Shown here: piece after piece, positions 28,401 through 40,365 of the stretch
Layout: each line of letters starts with the position of its first letter
How positions within the stretch are numbered: the first letter of the stretch is position 1
Assembly: GCA_947585865.1 (NCBI GenBank)
Contig: CANPXH010000008.1
Coordinates: forward strand, 11,884-75,883
Direction of reading: 5' to 3'
DNA: 64,000 bases
DNA from: an uncultured Clostridia bacterium
GTDB lineage: Bacteria > Bacillota > Clostridia > Lachnospirales > CAG-274
Made by a program: the position numbers and the translations under genes
Notes under the pieces: generated by a model
The model's database searches: none
Told to the model about the DNA's origin: nothing
The model's input: only the letters and a program-made list of their open reading frames with translations

Positions 28401-28901
28401 TTAAAGATCGGCACCCTTGTATTCTGACTTGCCGTATCCTAATATAAGAACGAATATGGGATAGAGGAATATAAGACCGATGGCAAAGCCTATGCCGTGA
28501 CCGAAGGATCTTGAAAGCTTGACATAGCTTATGATCTGGATCACACAATATGCAATTGCAGCAATAAGCTCTATAACTGAAACGATCACACTTGTTGAAC
28601 CGCCCTGAATAATGCCGGTAGCACCATAGATTATAGATACTACAAATATGATCCAAAACCACATAGGCTTCCATGTGATCTTATACTGTACATAACCGCT
28701 GTATATAGGTATGATACTCTTCCATCCGGGCTCGCCTGCCTTTGTAAATATCTTCCAAAAGGCTATTATCAGGAATATCCATAATACGATAAGAGCTGTA
28801 AGGATAATGCCGCCTAAGCCTAAGCCAAGTATCCCGCCTACTGCCGCACCGCCTACAGCTGCTTGTTCTTCCGCTGTAAGTAAAGCTGTTGTTGCCTCCA
28901 T
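28401..28901 (-). CDS. DUF5684-like small integral membrane protein
   Basis: FWKIFTKAGEPGWKSIIPIY...KPMWFW signature with four predicted TM segments. Confidence 0.7.
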   Translation of the reverse strand: MEATTALLTAEEQAAVGGAAVGGILGLGLGGIILTALIVLWIFLIIAFWKIFTKAGEPGWKSIIPIYSGYVQYKITWKPMWFWIIFVVSIIYGATGIIQGGSTSVIVSVIELIAAIAYCVIQIISYVKLSRSFGHGIGFAIGLIFLYPIFVLILGYGKSEYKGADL

Positions 28902-29165
28902 AGTAAATTCACTCCTTTTTTTAAAGTATATTTATATTTGATCTGTAAATATGACAGATCCCTTGAGTTAACAATACCACATTTGTAAAATTTTTTCAAC
29001 AAAGTTACAGTATTGTCATATAACTCTTATATAATTGTAACATAATTTTTAAATTAATCAAAACCGTTTGTGCCGTATATTTTACCGTTTGCGCTGTTTT
29101 AATATTGAATGGGATGATCTTTTGTGTTAAAATAATATATATGATTTTTTAAAAAAGGTGATGAA

Positions 29166-29732
29166 ATGGAAAATATACTTTATATCGATTCATGTGTGCG
29201 CAAGGGCTCCAGAACTGATATGCTGGCAAGGTATGTGCTTGAAAAGCTTGACGGAAAGATCCATGAGCTGCGCCTTGAGGATATGGCGCTGACTCCTCTT
29301 GACGGCGCTGCGCTTGACAAAAGGACTGCTCTTACAGACTCAGGGAATTTTTCAGACGATATGTTCATACCTGCAAGGCAGTTTGCCGCTGCCGATATAA
29401 TTGTAATATCGGCGCCTTATTGGGATCTGTCATTTCCGTCTATGGTAAAGGTCTATTTTGAACATATAAATATTCTCGGCATTACTTTTGAATACAGTGA
29501 GAACGGAATACCTGTGAGCCTGTGCAAGGCCAAAAAGCTGATATATGTTTCGACTTCGGGAGGGCCTGTATACGGCAGCAATATGGGCTTTGACTATGTA
29601 AAGGCTCTTGCCGAAAGCTTTTACGGCATAAAGGATATACTTTATTTTGATGCACAGGGATTGGATATAGCAGGCAGTGATGTGGATGCCGCTATGGAAA
29701 ATGCCAAGATAGATATAGACAAAAGTATGTGA
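29166..29732 (+). CDS. Flavodoxin-like-fold NAD(P)H-dependent oxidoreductase (azoreductase/quinone reductase-like)
   Basis: 188 aa with YIDSCVR...SRT at the N-terminus and an [11 protein letters not shown] motif. Confidence 0.75.
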   Translation: MENILYIDSCVRKGSRTDMLARYVLEKLDGKIHELRLEDMALTPLDGAALDKRTALTDSGNFSDDMFIPARQFAAADIIVISAPYWDLSFPSMVKVYFEHINILGITFEYSENGIPVSLCKAKKLIYVSTSGGPVYGSNMGFDYVKALAESFYGIKDILYFDAQGLDIAGSDVDAAMENAKIDIDKSM

Positions 29733-29788
29733 AAAAAATAAGCTATCTGTATATGAATAAAAGCAATTATGCTGCAGCGAGGTGCAAT

Positions 29789-31651
29789 ATGGGATTCTTG
29801 CCTGTTACAAAAGAAGAAATGAATAAAAGAGGTTGGGAGCAGCCTGATTTTGTATATGTGTGCGGTGACGCTTATGTGGATCACCCATCCTTCGGTGCGG
29901 CAATAATCACCCGTATTTTGGAAAGCAGGGGCTATAAGGTGTGTATGCTGCCCCAGCCTGACTGGAAAAGCACAGAGGATATAATGCGGTTCGGCAAGCC
30001 GAGACTTGCCTTTCTTGTAAGCGGCGGCAATATAGACTCTATGGTAAATCACTATTCGGTAGCCAAAAGAAGAAGAGACAAGGATTTGTATTCTCCGGGC
30101 GGAGAGATAGGCCATAGACCCGACAGGGCAACGATAGTATATTGTCAGAAAATAAGAGAAGCCTACGGGAAGGATGTGGCTATACTTATAGGCGGCATAG
30201 AGGCAAGCCTGCGCAGGCTTTCTCATTATGACTACTGGGATAATAGGGTGCGCCGTTCCATACTTTTGGACTCACAGGCGGACATACTTATGTACGGCAT
30301 GGGAGAGCATCAGATAACAGAATTGGCGGAAGCGCTTGACAGCGGCATAGAGGCAAAGGATATAACATTTGTAAGAGGCACGGTATACAAAACGAAGACG
30401 CTTGAAAACATATACGAAGAATATATAAAACTGCCGCCTTATGAGGAAAGCTCACAGAACAAGAGATTGTATGCCGAGGGCTTTCTCAAGCAGTATGAAA
30501 ATACAGATGCTTTTACCGCCAAGATATTGGCGGAACCGTACAAAGACTGCTATGTGGTACAGAATAAGCCTGCCTTTCCCCTTACTCAGGATGAATTTGA
30601 CATAAGCTACGGCTTGCCGTATATGCGGACATATCATCCTATGTATAATGAAAAGGGCGGCATACCTGCTGTCGCAGAGGTGAAATTCAGCATAATAAGC
30701 AACAGGGGCTGCTTCGGCAACTGTAATTTTTGTGCTCTTGCCTTTCACCAAGGAAGGATAGTGCAGGCAAGGAGCCATGAGTCTATACTCAAGGAGGCTG
30801 TGAAAATAACGGAAGACAAAGATTTTAAGGGATATATACATGACGTAGGCGGGCCTACGGCTAATTTCAGACAGCCTGCCTGTAAAAAACAGCTTACCCA
30901 AGGCGCCTGTAAAAACAGGCAGTGCCTTTTCCCCACACCCTGCAGGAATCTCGATGCGGATCACAAGGACTATGTGGCTCTTCTGAGAAAGCTGAGGAAA
31001 TTGCCCAAGGTGAAAAAGGTGTTCGTGCGTTCGGGCATAAGATATGATTATCTTATGTATGACAATGACGAGACATTTTTCAGCGAGCTTTGCAAATACC
31101 ACATAAGCGGTCAGCTAAAGGTTGCCCCGGAACATATTGTGCCAAGGGTACTGGATAAAATGGGAAAGCCCTCAAGAAAGGTGTACGACCGCTTTACAAA
31201 GAGGTTTTATGAAATAAACAAAAAATTGGGTAAGGAACAGTTTTTGGTGCCTTATCTTATGAGCTCGCATCCCGGCAGCGATCTGAAAGCGGCTGTGGAG
31301 CTTGCGGAATATTTAAGGGATATAGGACATACGCCCGAACAGGTGCAGGACTTTTATCCCACTCCAGGCACTCTTTCCACTTGTATGTTCTATACGGAGA
31401 TGGATCCGCGCACCATGGAAAAGGTATATGTGCCTAAGACTCCTCACGAAAAGGCTATGCAAAGGGCGCTTATGCAGTACAGACTGCCCCAAAATTACGA
31501 TCTTGTCCGTGAAGCTCTTGTAAAAGCAGGGCGCACGGATCTTATAGGATTTGACAGAAAATGCCTTATCAGGCCGAGAAGCATACAAAAAAATATAAAT
31601 AAAACAAAAAAGAAAAAAACGATAAGAAATATACACGGCGGAAAAGGGTGA
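29789..31651 (+). CDS. ygiQ: YgiQ-family (UPF0313) radical SAM protein
   Basis: Starts at [11 protein letters not shown]...[18 protein letters not shown]. Radical-SAM cluster CFGNCNFC. Lys-rich C-terminal tail. Confidence 0.9.
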   Translation: MGFLPVTKEEMNKRGWEQPDFVYVCGDAYVDHPSFGAAIITRILESRGYKVCMLPQPDWKSTEDIMRFGKPRLAFLVSGGNIDSMVNHYSVAKRRRDKDLYSPGGEIGHRPDRATIVYCQKIREAYGKDVAILIGGIEASLRRLSHYDYWDNRVRRSILLDSQADILMYGMGEHQITELAEALDSGIEAKDITFVRGTVYKTKTLENIYEEYIKLPPYEESSQNKRLYAEGFLKQYENTDAFTAKILAEPYKDCYVVQNKPAFPLTQDEFDISYGLPYMRTYHPMYNEKGGIPAVAEVKFSIISNRGCFGNCNFCALAFHQGRIVQARSHESILKEAVKITEDKDFKGYIHDVGGPTANFRQPACKKQLTQGACKNRQCLFPTPCRNLDADHKDYVALLRKLRKLPKVKKVFVRSGIRYDYLMYDNDETFFSELCKYHISGQLKVAPEHIVPRVLDKMGKPSRKVYDRFTKRFYEINKKLGKEQFLVPYLMSSHPGSDLKAAVELAEYLRDIGHTPEQVQDFYPTPGTLSTCMFYTEMDPRTMEKVYVPKTPHEKAMQRALMQYRLPQNYDLVREALVKAGRTDLIGFDRKCLIRPRSIQKNINKTKKKKTIRNIHGGKG

Positions 31652-31655
31652 GAGC

Positions 31656-32078
31656 ATGGATAATTACAAAAGACGTGTTCAGTATTACGAAACGGACAAA
31701 ATGGCTATAGTATATCATGCCAATTACATAAAGTGGTATGAGGAAGCAAGAGTATATATTATGGAACAGATGGGCTACAGCTATAAGGAAATGGAAGATA
31801 TGGGCATAATGATGCCTGTGCTTGGGGTTACCGCTCAGTATAAAAAGGGCGCTCAATACGGCGATACTGTGGATATAGCGGTTAGATTCACAAAGTTCAA
31901 CGGTATAAAGATGTGCTTTGCCTATACCATGACAGATGCAAAAACAGGCGAGCTCAGAATGACGGGCACAAGCGAGCACTGTTTTGTGGACAGTAATTTC
32001 AAGCCCTGTAACATAAAGAAGAAATTCCCCAAGTTTTATGAGGATATGATGAGATATATGGAAGAACAGGAAGCATAA
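31656..32078 (+). CDS. Acyl-CoA thioesterase (4HBT/YbgC hotdog fold)
   Basis: 140 aa with YYETDKMAIVYHANY, a typical YbgC-type catalytic N-terminus. Confidence 0.85.
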   Translation: MDNYKRRVQYYETDKMAIVYHANYIKWYEEARVYIMEQMGYSYKEMEDMGIMMPVLGVTAQYKKGAQYGDTVDIAVRFTKFNGIKMCFAYTMTDAKTGELRMTGTSEHCFVDSNFKPCNIKKKFPKFYEDMMRYMEEQEA

Positions 32079-32234
32079 AGCAGAGGAAAAAACATTCTGC
32101 AAAAAGCAGACCTCGGTTTGGTAAAAAACGCCGCTGCATCAATATATCGCTGCAGCCGTATGTGACAATACCGACATGATGATATTGTCATACGGGATCT
32201 GAATTAAAAATTATTATAAGACAGGCAGCGGCAT

Positions 32235-33311
32235 TTACACAAACTCGCAAAATATCATATTTGAAATATCGAATCCCCTTTCATTAAGCCTTACACGGTC
32301 GTTTTCGATCTCGATAAAAGGCTCGTATTTTTTAAACACACTGCCGTATTTTATAAGCATATCTTCATTGAATTCTTTCTTGAATCCCGATACTGACACA
32401 CCTTCGTTCATTCTCATACCAAGGAACATATATTCAGCCATACAATCGGCTTTTGTAAGCTTTTCGCTTTCGGCAACGGAGGTGCCTTTTATATATGCCT
32501 GTATGCTTTCGGTGTTTTTTGTGCGCCGATCTCCTATAAGGCTTGCCGCACCTAAGCCGAAGCCCTTGTATTCTTTTCTTTGCCAGTAGGCACAGTTGTG
32601 TACGGAGCTAAAGCCTTCTTTTGCAAAGTTGGAGATCTCATACTGCCTATAGCCCTTTGAGCTTAAAAAGCTTATGGCGTCGTGATACATTTTTCTGTCT
32701 GTTTCATCATCGGGAAGGGCAAGCTCCATATTATAAAAGGGCGTGTTTTCTTCTACTATGAGAGAATATGCCGAAATATGCGCCGGCTTTAAGTCGGTGA
32801 CATTCTCAAGAGTTTCCATCCACATTTCATATGTTTGACCGGGCAGCGAAAACATAATGTCGATATTTATATTTTCAAAGCCTGCCTTGATAACTTTTTC
32901 GTAGTTATTGAGAAACACTTCTCTTGTGTGTATCCTGCCCAGCTTTTTAAGAAGGCCGTTCTGCCACGCCTGTAGGCCTATGCTTATCCTGTTTATGCCA
33001 TAGCTTCTGTATGCCTTCAATTTATGGGCAGTCAGGGTACCCGGGTTGGCTTCTATGGTTATTTCGGCATCCTTGTCTATATTGTATCTGCCAAGCGCCT
33101 CCATGACCTTGCCTATATATCCGCTGTCGGGGAAAGAGGGCGTACCTCCCCCTATAAAAATGCTTCTGACTTTTTCACAGTCAAAAGCATTTATTTCTCT
33201 TACAAGAGCATCAAAATATTCGTCTGTACATTCCGTATGAGTAAAGCTCAAAAAATCACAGTACAGGCATTTTCTCTTACAGAAGGGTATGTGTATATAA
33301 AGTGATGTCAT
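32235..33311 (-). CDS. hemW: Radical SAM heme chaperone HemW (oxygen-independent coproporphyrinogen oxidase-like)
   Basis: LYIHIPFCKRKCLYCDF cluster motif, and a position directly downstream of lepA as in many Firmicutes. Confidence 0.9.
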   Translation of the reverse strand: MTSLYIHIPFCKRKCLYCDFLSFTHTECTDEYFDALVREINAFDCEKVRSIFIGGGTPSFPDSGYIGKVMEALGRYNIDKDAEITIEANPGTLTAHKLKAYRSYGINRISIGLQAWQNGLLKKLGRIHTREVFLNNYEKVIKAGFENINIDIMFSLPGQTYEMWMETLENVTDLKPAHISAYSLIVEENTPFYNMELALPDDETDRKMYHDAISFLSSKGYRQYEISNFAKEGFSSVHNCAYWQRKEYKGFGLGAASLIGDRRTKNTESIQAYIKGTSVAESEKLTKADCMAEYMFLGMRMNEGVSVSGFKKEFNEDMLIKYGSVFKKYEPFIEIENDRVRLNERGFDISNMIFCEFV

Positions 33312-33314
33312 CTC

Positions 33315-35126
33315 TTACTCCTCATCCAGCTTAAGCACGCTCATAAACGCTGCCTGAGGTACTTCTATGCTGCCTATCTGACGCATTCTCTTCTTACCCT
33401 CCTTTTGCTTTTCAAGAAGCTTTCTCTTTCTTGTTATATCGCCGCCGTAGCACTTGGCAAGCACGTCTTTGCGAACGGCGGATATAGTCTCTCTGGCTAT
33501 TATTTTGTTGCCTATGGCAGCCTGTATCGGTATCTCGAACTGGTGTCTCGGTATTTCCTTTTTAAGCTTTTCCGCCATTTTCCTGCCCTTTTCCTGAGCG
33601 GAATCCTCATGGACTATAAAGCTTAGGGCGTCGACTATCTCTCTGTTTACAAGTATATCCAGCTTTACAAGGCGGCTCGGCTCATATCCTATGAGCTCAT
33701 AATCAAATGACGCATAGCCTCTTGAACGGGATTTAAGCACATCGAAGAAGTCGTATATTATTTCGTTCAAGGGCAGCTTGTAGGTAAGCACGGCTCTTGT
33801 CTCCTCAATATATTCCATACCCTCGTATTCTCCGCGCCTTTGCTGACAAAGCTCCATTATAGTGCCTATATATTCGCTCGGCAGTATTATTTCTGCCCTT
33901 ACTATAGGCTCTTCCATCTTGACTATAGTCGTTACATCGGGAAGATCCGTGGGATTTGAAAGCTCTATCTGCGTTCCGTCTGTAAGATATACCTTGTATA
34001 TTACAGAGGGCGCCGTTGTTATAAGATCCAGATTATATTCTCTTTCAAGCCTTTCCTGGACTATTTCCAAATGGAGCAGGCCTAAAAATCCACATCTGAA
34101 GCCAAAGCCCAAAGCGACAGAGGTCTCAGCCTCAAACTTAAGGGCAGCGTCATTGAGCTGGAGCTTTTCAAGAGCGTCTCTTAAGTCGCCGTATTTTGAA
34201 CCGTCGGCAGGGAATATGCCGCAGTATACCATTGAATTTACCTTCTTATAGCCGGGCAGCGCTTCCTTTACCGGGTCATCGGCGGTGGTTACGGTATCGC
34301 CTATGCGTGTATCTCTCACATTTTTTATGCTGGCTGTAAGATAACCGACATCGCCTGCCTTCAATTCCTCGACAGGCAGGAACTGACCGGGGCCGAACAC
34401 GCCTACCTCAACGGTCTCAAAGACCTTGTTCGTAGCCATAAATTTTACTTTTGTACCCTTTTTAATGCTGCCGTCAAATATACGCATAAAAACTATAACG
34501 CCTTTGTAGCTGTCGTAAAAGCTGTCGAATATGAGTGCCTTGAGCGGTGCGTTCTCATCTCCGCTCGGCGCAGGTATATTGCTTATTATCTTGTTAAATA
34601 CATCATCGATGCCTATATTTGCCTTGGCTGATATAAGAGGCGCCTCCGAGCAGTCAAGACCTATTATATCTTCTATTTCCGCCTTTACTCTTTCAGGCTC
34701 TGCGCTTGGCAGGTCGATCTTATTTATAACGGGCACTATCTCAAGATCGTTGTCAAGGGCAAGGTATACATTGGCCAATGTCTGAGCCTCCACACCCTGA
34801 GCCGCATCCACTACGAGAACAGCGCCGTCACAGGCTGCAAGGCTCCTGGATACTTCATAATTAAAGTCTACATGGCCGGGAGTATCTATAAGATTAAGCG
34901 TGTATTCCTCGCCGTCTTCCCCCTTGTGTATAAGACGGACTGCCTGTGCCTTTATGGTAATGCCTCTTTCTCTTTCAAGATCCATATTGTCCAGCACCTG
35001 CTCCTGCATCTCCCTTTCGGTAAGAAGGCCGGATTGCTGTATGAGCCTGTCCGCAAGAGTGGATTTGCCGTGATCTATATGAGCTATTATGCTGAAATTT
35101 CTTATCTTAGACTGTCTGTTACTCAT
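33315..35126 (-). CDS. lepA: Translation elongation factor 4
   Basis: [21 protein letters not shown]-domain and the LepA C-terminal domain. 603 aa. Confidence 0.95.
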   Translation of the reverse strand: MSNRQSKIRNFSIIAHIDHGKSTLADRLIQQSGLLTEREMQEQVLDNMDLERERGITIKAQAVRLIHKGEDGEEYTLNLIDTPGHVDFNYEVSRSLAACDGAVLVVDAAQGVEAQTLANVYLALDNDLEIVPVINKIDLPSAEPERVKAEIEDIIGLDCSEAPLISAKANIGIDDVFNKIISNIPAPSGDENAPLKALIFDSFYDSYKGVIVFMRIFDGSIKKGTKVKFMATNKVFETVEVGVFGPGQFLPVEELKAGDVGYLTASIKNVRDTRIGDTVTTADDPVKEALPGYKKVNSMVYCGIFPADGSKYGDLRDALEKLQLNDAALKFEAETSVALGFGFRCGFLGLLHLEIVQERLEREYNLDLITTAPSVIYKVYLTDGTQIELSNPTDLPDVTTIVKMEEPIVRAEIILPSEYIGTIMELCQQRRGEYEGMEYIEETRAVLTYKLPLNEIIYDFFDVLKSRSRGYASFDYELIGYEPSRLVKLDILVNREIVDALSFIVHEDSAQEKGRKMAEKLKKEIPRHQFEIPIQAAIGNKIIARETISAVRKDVLAKCYGGDITRKRKLLEKQKEGKKRMRQIGSIEVPQAAFMSVLKLDEE

Positions 35127-35234
35127 AGCTTCTCCTTTGATATATCCATAAATAATTCTATAAATAACAGTATATCATAAAACAGACGCTTTTAAAAGTA
35201 CTTTTGAAAAATGTAAATTATTTTATATAAAACT

Positions 35235-35263
35235 ATTGACAAGTTATAGAATCGGTGTTACAA
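35235..35263 (+). promoter_or_regulatory. Sigma-A promoter for the RHH-domain gene
   Basis: TTGACA then a 17-nt spacer then TACAAT. Confidence 0.55.
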
Positions 35264-35287
35264 TATATTCAAGATGAGGTGATGAAA

Positions 35288-35920
35288 ATGAGTAAAAGCG
35301 TATACAGTATAGTTTTGAACGACGCCGTTGTGGAGGCTATCGACAATATGGCATACAGGCTTGGCACCAACCGTTCGGGTATGATAAACAGAATACTTGC
35401 GGAGAAGGTGTCGTACATCACGCCGGAGCAGAGGATAAGAAATATACTGGACAATGTGGAAAGGCTCATGGTCTCCCAAGACGTATTTCAGATAATGACC
35501 ACACCGGGAGATTCTTCTCTTATGATAAAGAGTGCCTTTAAGTATAAATACAATCCAAGCGTAAAGTATTCGGTAGTGCTCAACAAAAGCGGCAACTTTG
35601 CCAAGGGCGAGCTGAGAGTGGCTTTCAGAACGCAGAACGCCATGCTCCTCAACGAGCTGAGCAATTTCATAAATATATGGAATGCTTTGGAAAAGAAATA
35701 TCTCAAGAGAAAAATAAACTGTGTTTCGGGCAACGGCAAATATGTGAGAGAGCTTATGCTGCCCGAGGAGGATTATGACGAAGGTCAGATAGGGGAAATG
35801 ATATCGGAATATATCACAGGTTTTGACAGGATAATGAAGCTGTATTTTTCCGGAGCGGATATATCCGAGCTGGAAAACAGCTATAAAGAATTTACAAACA
35901 CGGCCAAGTACAAGATATGA
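35288..35920 (+). CDS. Hypothetical protein with an N-terminal ribbon-helix-helix (CopG/Arc-like) segment
   Basis: ATG at 35288 lies 7 nt after a GAGGTG RBS. The N-terminus VYSIVLNDAVVEAIDNMAYRLGTNRSGMINRILAE fits an RHH pattern. The C-terminal ~150 aa were not recognised. Confidence 0.65.
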   Translation: MSKSVYSIVLNDAVVEAIDNMAYRLGTNRSGMINRILAEKVSYITPEQRIRNILDNVERLMVSQDVFQIMTTPGDSSLMIKSAFKYKYNPSVKYSVVLNKSGNFAKGELRVAFRTQNAMLLNELSNFINIWNALEKKYLKRKINCVSGNGKYVRELMLPEEDYDEGQIGEMISEYITGFDRIMKLYFSGADISELENSYKEFTNTAKYKI

Positions 35921-36014
35921 TCACGTTTAACAGAAAGCGCCTTAGCCGTTTATCATGACATTATAACAAATAGGATATGTTATTTATAATTATTACAGCA
36001 AAGGAGAGTTGTAT

Positions 36015-38615
36015 ATGAATATGAATAAATTTACGCAAAAATCATTAGAGGCGATACAGCTTGCTCAGACTCTTGCTGTGGAGCATGGCAATCAGCAGAT
36101 AGAGCAGGAGCATATGCTCTATGCCACCATTACGCAGGAAGGCGGCATAACAGCCGAGCTTTTCAGAAAGATGGGTATAGATATAGGCAATTTCGGCCTT
36201 GCGGTGAAAAAGGCAATAGAAGGACTGCCTTCCGTATCGGGCACGGCAAGGGAACAGGGCAAGATATATGTTTCCTCAGACTTTGATATGGCTATGGCGC
36301 TGGCCGAAAAAAATGCCGAACAGATGGGCGATGAATATGTATCTGTTGAGCATATAGTAATGTCTCTTATAGAAAAGCCGGACTACAAGCTCAAGGAAAT
36401 ATTCAGAACATTCAATATTACAAAAGAGGAATTCCTTAAGGTGCTCAAGGAGCTGAGAGGAAATGCACGAGTGACCAACGACAATCCCGAAAGCACCTAT
36501 GACGTGCTTAACAAATACGGCCAGGATCTTGTGGGTCTTGCCGAGAAGGGCAAGCTTGACCCGGTGATCGGCAGAGACAGCGAAATAAGGAACGTAATAA
36601 GGATACTCTCAAGAAAAACGAAGAACAATCCTGTGCTCATAGGCGAGCCGGGCGTCGGCAAGACCGCTATTGCGGAAGGTCTTGCTCTTCGTATAGTAAA
36701 GGGCGATGTTCCCGACAATATCAAAGACAGGCGTATTTTCTCGCTGGATATGGGCGCTCTTATAGCAGGGGCAAAGTACCAGGGCGAATTTGAGGAAAGG
36801 CTCAAGGCTGTGCTCCAGGAGATCAAAAAGAGCGAAGGCAGGATAATAATGTTTATCGATGAGCTCCACACCATAGTAGGCGCAGGCAAGAACAACGGCG
36901 CTATGGATGCAGGCAATCTTTTAAAGCCTATGCTTGCAAGGGGAGAGCTTCACTGTATCGGCGCAACCACTCTTGATGAGTACAGACAGTATATTGAAAA
37001 AGACGCCGCTCTCGAAAGACGTTTTCAGCCCGTTATGGTAGATGAGCCAAATGTTGAGGATACCATATCCATACTGAGAGGCCTCAAGGAAAGATATGAG
37101 GTGTTCCACGGCGTTAAGATACAGGATCAGGCACTTATAGCTGCGGCTACCCTTTCAAACAGGTATATAACCGACAGATTCCTTCCCGACAAGGCTATCG
37201 ATCTTGTAGACGAGGCTTGCGCTACCATTAAGACAGAAATGAATTCTATGCCTACAGAGCTTGACGAGATATCCAGAAAGATAATGCAGCACGAGATAGA
37301 AGAGGCCGCTCTTAAAAAAGAGGATGATAAGCTTTCCGCTGAGCAGCTTGCAAATGTTCAGAAAGAACTGGCTGAGTACAGAGAACAATTTGCGGCTATG
37401 AAGGCACAGTGGGAAAACGAAATGTCCGATATAAACAAGGTGCAGGAGCTTCGCAAGAAAATAGAAGAGGTCACTGCCAATATAGAAAGAGCCGAAAGAA
37501 GCTACAATCTTAACGAGGCTGCCGAACTGAAATACGGAAAGCTTCCGGAATTGCAGAAGGCTCTTGCCGAAGAGGAACAGAAGGTAGATGAAAACAATCA
37601 CTCCGCCGATAAGATAGTAAGGGATAAGGTTACGGAAGAAGAGATCGCCAAAATAATAGGCAGATGGACCGGCATACCCGTTTCAAAGCTTATGGAAGGA
37701 GAAAGACAGAAGCTTTTGGATCTCGATAAGATACTTCACAAGAGAGTTATAGGGCAGGATGAAGCTGTGGATAAAGTATGCGAGGCGATCATAAGATCAA
37801 GAGCAGGCATACAGGATCCCGACAGGCCTATAGGTTCATTCCTCTTCTTAGGTCCTACAGGCGTTGGCAAAACAGAGCTTGCAAAGGCTCTTGCCGAAGC
37901 GCTCTTTGACGATGAGAAGAATATTGTAAGGATAGATATGTCCGAATATATGGAGAAGTTCTCCGTGTCAAGACTTATAGGAGCGCCTCCGGGATATGTG
38001 GGCTATGAGGAAGGCGGTCAGCTTACGGAGGCTGTGAGAAGAAGACCTTATTCCGTAGTGCTCTTTGATGAGATAGAGAAGGCTCATCCCGATGTGTTCA
38101 ATGTGCTTTTGCAGGTGCTTGACGACGGCCGTATAACAGATTCCCAAGGCAGGACAGTGGATTTTAAAAACACTATAATAATACTTACGTCAAACCTGGG
38201 TTCAAGCTATATATTAGACGGCATACAGCCAGACAATACCATAAGCCCAAAGGCAAGAGAACAGGTCGAAAAGCTTTTAAAGACCCAATTCAGACCCGAA
38301 TTTTTAAACAGACTTGACGAGATAGTATTCTACAAACCTCTTGCCAAGAGCGAGATAGGCTCTATAGTGGATCTTATGCTTGAAGATCTTAACAAGAGGC
38401 TTGCTCATAAGAAGCTTTCGGTAGATGTAAGCGAAGGAGCAAGGGAATATATTATAGACAGCGGTTATGATCCTGTATACGGAGCACGTCCTCTTAAGAG
38501 ATTTATACAAAGCAATGTGGAAACTCTTGTGGGCAGGATGATAATAGCAAATGATCTTGAGCCTGATTCCGTGATCACAATAGATTATGACGGAAACAAG
38601 CTTACGGCAAAGTAA
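36015..38615 (+). CDS. clpB: ATP-dependent chaperone ClpB
   Basis: Clp N-domain, two AAA+ modules (GEPGVGKT and GPTGVGKT), and a long coiled-coil middle domain. Confidence 0.95.
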   Translation: MNMNKFTQKSLEAIQLAQTLAVEHGNQQIEQEHMLYATITQEGGITAELFRKMGIDIGNFGLAVKKAIEGLPSVSGTAREQGKIYVSSDFDMAMALAEKNAEQMGDEYVSVEHIVMSLIEKPDYKLKEIFRTFNITKEEFLKVLKELRGNARVTNDNPESTYDVLNKYGQDLVGLAEKGKLDPVIGRDSEIRNVIRILSRKTKNNPVLIGEPGVGKTAIAEGLALRIVKGDVPDNIKDRRIFSLDMGALIAGAKYQGEFEERLKAVLQEIKKSEGRIIMFIDELHTIVGAGKNNGAMDAGNLLKPMLARGELHCIGATTLDEYRQYIEKDAALERRFQPVMVDEPNVEDTISILRGLKERYEVFHGVKIQDQALIAAATLSNRYITDRFLPDKAIDLVDEACATIKTEMNSMPTELDEISRKIMQHEIEEAALKKEDDKLSAEQLANVQKELAEYREQFAAMKAQWENEMSDINKVQELRKKIEEVTANIERAERSYNLNEAAELKYGKLPELQKALAEEEQKVDENNHSADKIVRDKVTEEEIAKIIGRWTGIPVSKLMEGERQKLLDLDKILHKRVIGQDEAVDKVCEAIIRSRAGIQDPDRPIGSFLFLGPTGVGKTELAKALAEALFDDEKNIVRIDMSEYMEKFSVSRLIGAPPGYVGYEEGGQLTEAVRRRPYSVVLFDEIEKAHPDVFNVLLQVLDDGRITDSQGRTVDFKNTIIILTSNLGSSYILDGIQPDNTISPKAREQVEKLLKTQFRPEFLNRLDEIVFYKPLAKSEIGSIVDLMLEDLNKRLAHKKLSVDVSEGAREYIIDSGYDPVYGARPLKRFIQSNVETLVGRMIIANDLEPDSVITIDYDGNKLTAK

Positions 38616-38626
38616 TCGACACGCTG

Positions 38627-38656
38627 AGGCCCGATCGTTTAAGATCGGGCCTTTTG
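38627..38656 (+). terminator. Intrinsic terminator after clpB
   Basis: Stem AGGCCCGATC/GATCGGGCCT followed by TTTT. Confidence 0.75.
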
Positions 38657-38803
38657 GCTATGCAAAAAAGGCTATGCAAGACGGAAAAAAGTTCCGTATC
38701 CATATAACGGATATTTGCTCAAATACGGATATTGACATATTTGCAATATGATATATAATAAGAATGTAAGTTAAAGTTAAGTTTAAAATGTGGAGGGGAT
38801 AAT

Positions 38804-39247
38804 ATGTATACCATAGGGGAAATGGCAAAAAAGCTGGGGATCGCTCCGTCAACACTGCGCTATTACGATAAAGAAGGTATAATGCCTTTTGTGAAGCGCA
38901 CGGATGGGGGAATAAGGATGTTCGGAGATGAAGACTATGAATGGCTTCAGATCATAAGCTGTCTCAAAAAGGCGGGTATGTCTCTTAAGGACATAAAGGA
39001 ATTTATATATATGACCATGAAGGGCGATGAAACTATAGAAGACAGGCTCAATTTGTTTTTAAAGCAAAGGGAGCTTATAGAAAAGCAGATAAAAGAACTT
39101 CAAGAAACCCTTGAAACCGTTAAATTCAAGTGCTGGTATTACGAAACGGCAAAAAAAGCAGGCTCTGTCGAGGCTGTCAAAAATATGGATGACAGCGAAA
39201 TACCGCCTGAATTTTTACATATAGCAGAAAAGCTCAAGAATAAATAA
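38804..39247 (+). CDS. MerR-family transcriptional regulator
   Basis: MYTIGEMAKKLGIAPSTLRYYDKEGI HTH followed by a coiled-coil dimerisation helix. Confidence 0.9.
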   Translation: MYTIGEMAKKLGIAPSTLRYYDKEGIMPFVKRTDGGIRMFGDEDYEWLQIISCLKKAGMSLKDIKEFIYMTMKGDETIEDRLNLFLKQRELIEKQIKELQETLETVKFKCWYYETAKKAGSVEAVKNMDDSEIPPEFLHIAEKLKNK

Positions 39248-39249
39248 CA

Positions 39250-39425
39250 TATGCCCCATTAATGGGGCATTTAGCGTGTCGATAAAATCGACACGCTTGA
39301 AAGAAATGCTTTTTGACATTTCTTTCAGTTAGCTACGGTAGGAACCAGCCGTGTTTTCCGCAATTTAGGCATAAATGCCTAAATTACAGAAAAGTTCCTG
39401 TCCTCGGAGGAAATGAATTCCTCCT
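39250..39425. repeat. Cluster of five perfect or near-perfect palindromes/hairpins downstream of the MerR gene
   Basis: The five lie at 39251-39270 (20-nt palindrome), 39273-39297 (11-bp arms), 39299-39326 (10-bp arms), 39362-39385 (11-bp arms) and 39407-39425 (7-bp arms). Confidence 0.7.
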
Positions 39426-39522
39426 GCGGATTAAAGTCTGCGACGCTTTTTTTAATAAGGCAATATTCTTATTATGACAACAGAGCCGTGATGCGGGCAT
39501 AATGTCAAAGGCGCTGAGGCGC

Positions 39523-40365
39523 TTATGCCAATTCGGCCATAGCCTTGTCGATATCCTCTTTTTTAACGGTGCTTAGGGCGGAGATATATCCGCTGCCTGC
39601 TTTTTGAAGATACTCAAGAGCCTTTTCATTATTGCCCTTGCTTTTTTCTATAAGCCCCATATAATAAAGGCTTTCTGTCATAGATCCTCTGTAGCTCAAG
39701 GCCTTCATGAAATACTCCTCAGCCTTTTCAAAGTCGTTTTTAAAATAATGTATCTGACCCAGATTATCCCATGCGGGAGCATATTCGCCGTTGTCGTTAA
39801 GGGCTTTGTTCGTAAGCTCTTCCGCCTTGTCAAAGTCGTTTTTGAGCATATAGAAGTATGCAAGAGTGGTGAGGGTGTTGGGATTTATATAGGTGTATTT
39901 TTCCATAAGGGTCTCTATTGTCTCTATGGCTTTGTCAATATCCCCCAGTACCCAGTAGCAGCTTGATATGGCAAGGGGTATGAGCTTGTCAAAAAGAGCT
40001 TTTGTATTTATTTTTTCGGCTCTTTGGAATATGCCGAGAGCCTCCTCGGCATGTCCTTCATGAAGTGCGTCAAGGGCATAGTTATAAAGAGCTTTCACAT
40101 TTCTAGTTTTCATTTTAACTGCTTTTGCGTAAAATATCTTTGCCTTGTCGGGCTTTCTTACAAAGTAATAAAAATTGCCTATCATGCCTATGAAATAGGC
40201 GTGGCAAACTATGGCGCTCACCACAAGGTATGCAAAAAATGCAGGTATGAGAGTCCATTCGCTTTTATCCATAAAAAATACAAGCACTATCCACGCCAGC
40301 ATCATATATCCCAAAAACATATATCTCCAGTATTTTACAAGGTCTATTTTCTGTTCCTTTTTCAT
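39523..40365 (-). CDS. Membrane-anchored tetratricopeptide-repeat (TPR) protein
   Basis: Starts at MKKEQKIDL, overlapping the upstream stop as ATGA. Two N-terminal TM segments are followed by TPR repeats (AEEALGIFQRA, AWDNLGQIHYF..., EKALEYLQKA). Confidence 0.7.
   Translation of the reverse strand: MKKEQKIDLVKYWRYMFLGYMMLAWIVLVFFMDKSEWTLIPAFFAYLVVSAIVCHAYFIGMIGNFYYFVRKPDKAKIFYAKAVKMKTRNVKALYNYALDALHEGHAEEALGIFQRAEKINTKALFDKLIPLAISSCYWVLGDIDKAIETIETLMEKYTYINPNTLTTLAYFYMLKNDFDKAEELTNKALNDNGEYAPAWDNLGQIHYFKNDFEKAEEYFMKALSYRGSMTESLYYMGLIEKSKGNNEKALEYLQKAGSGYISALSTVKKEDIDKAMAELA

Noticed and set aside
40362-40365. ATGA stop/start overlap between the flavin reductase and TPR genes.
   Set aside because: This is ordinary translational coupling. 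The functional link between the two products is unknown, but the overlap itself is common.
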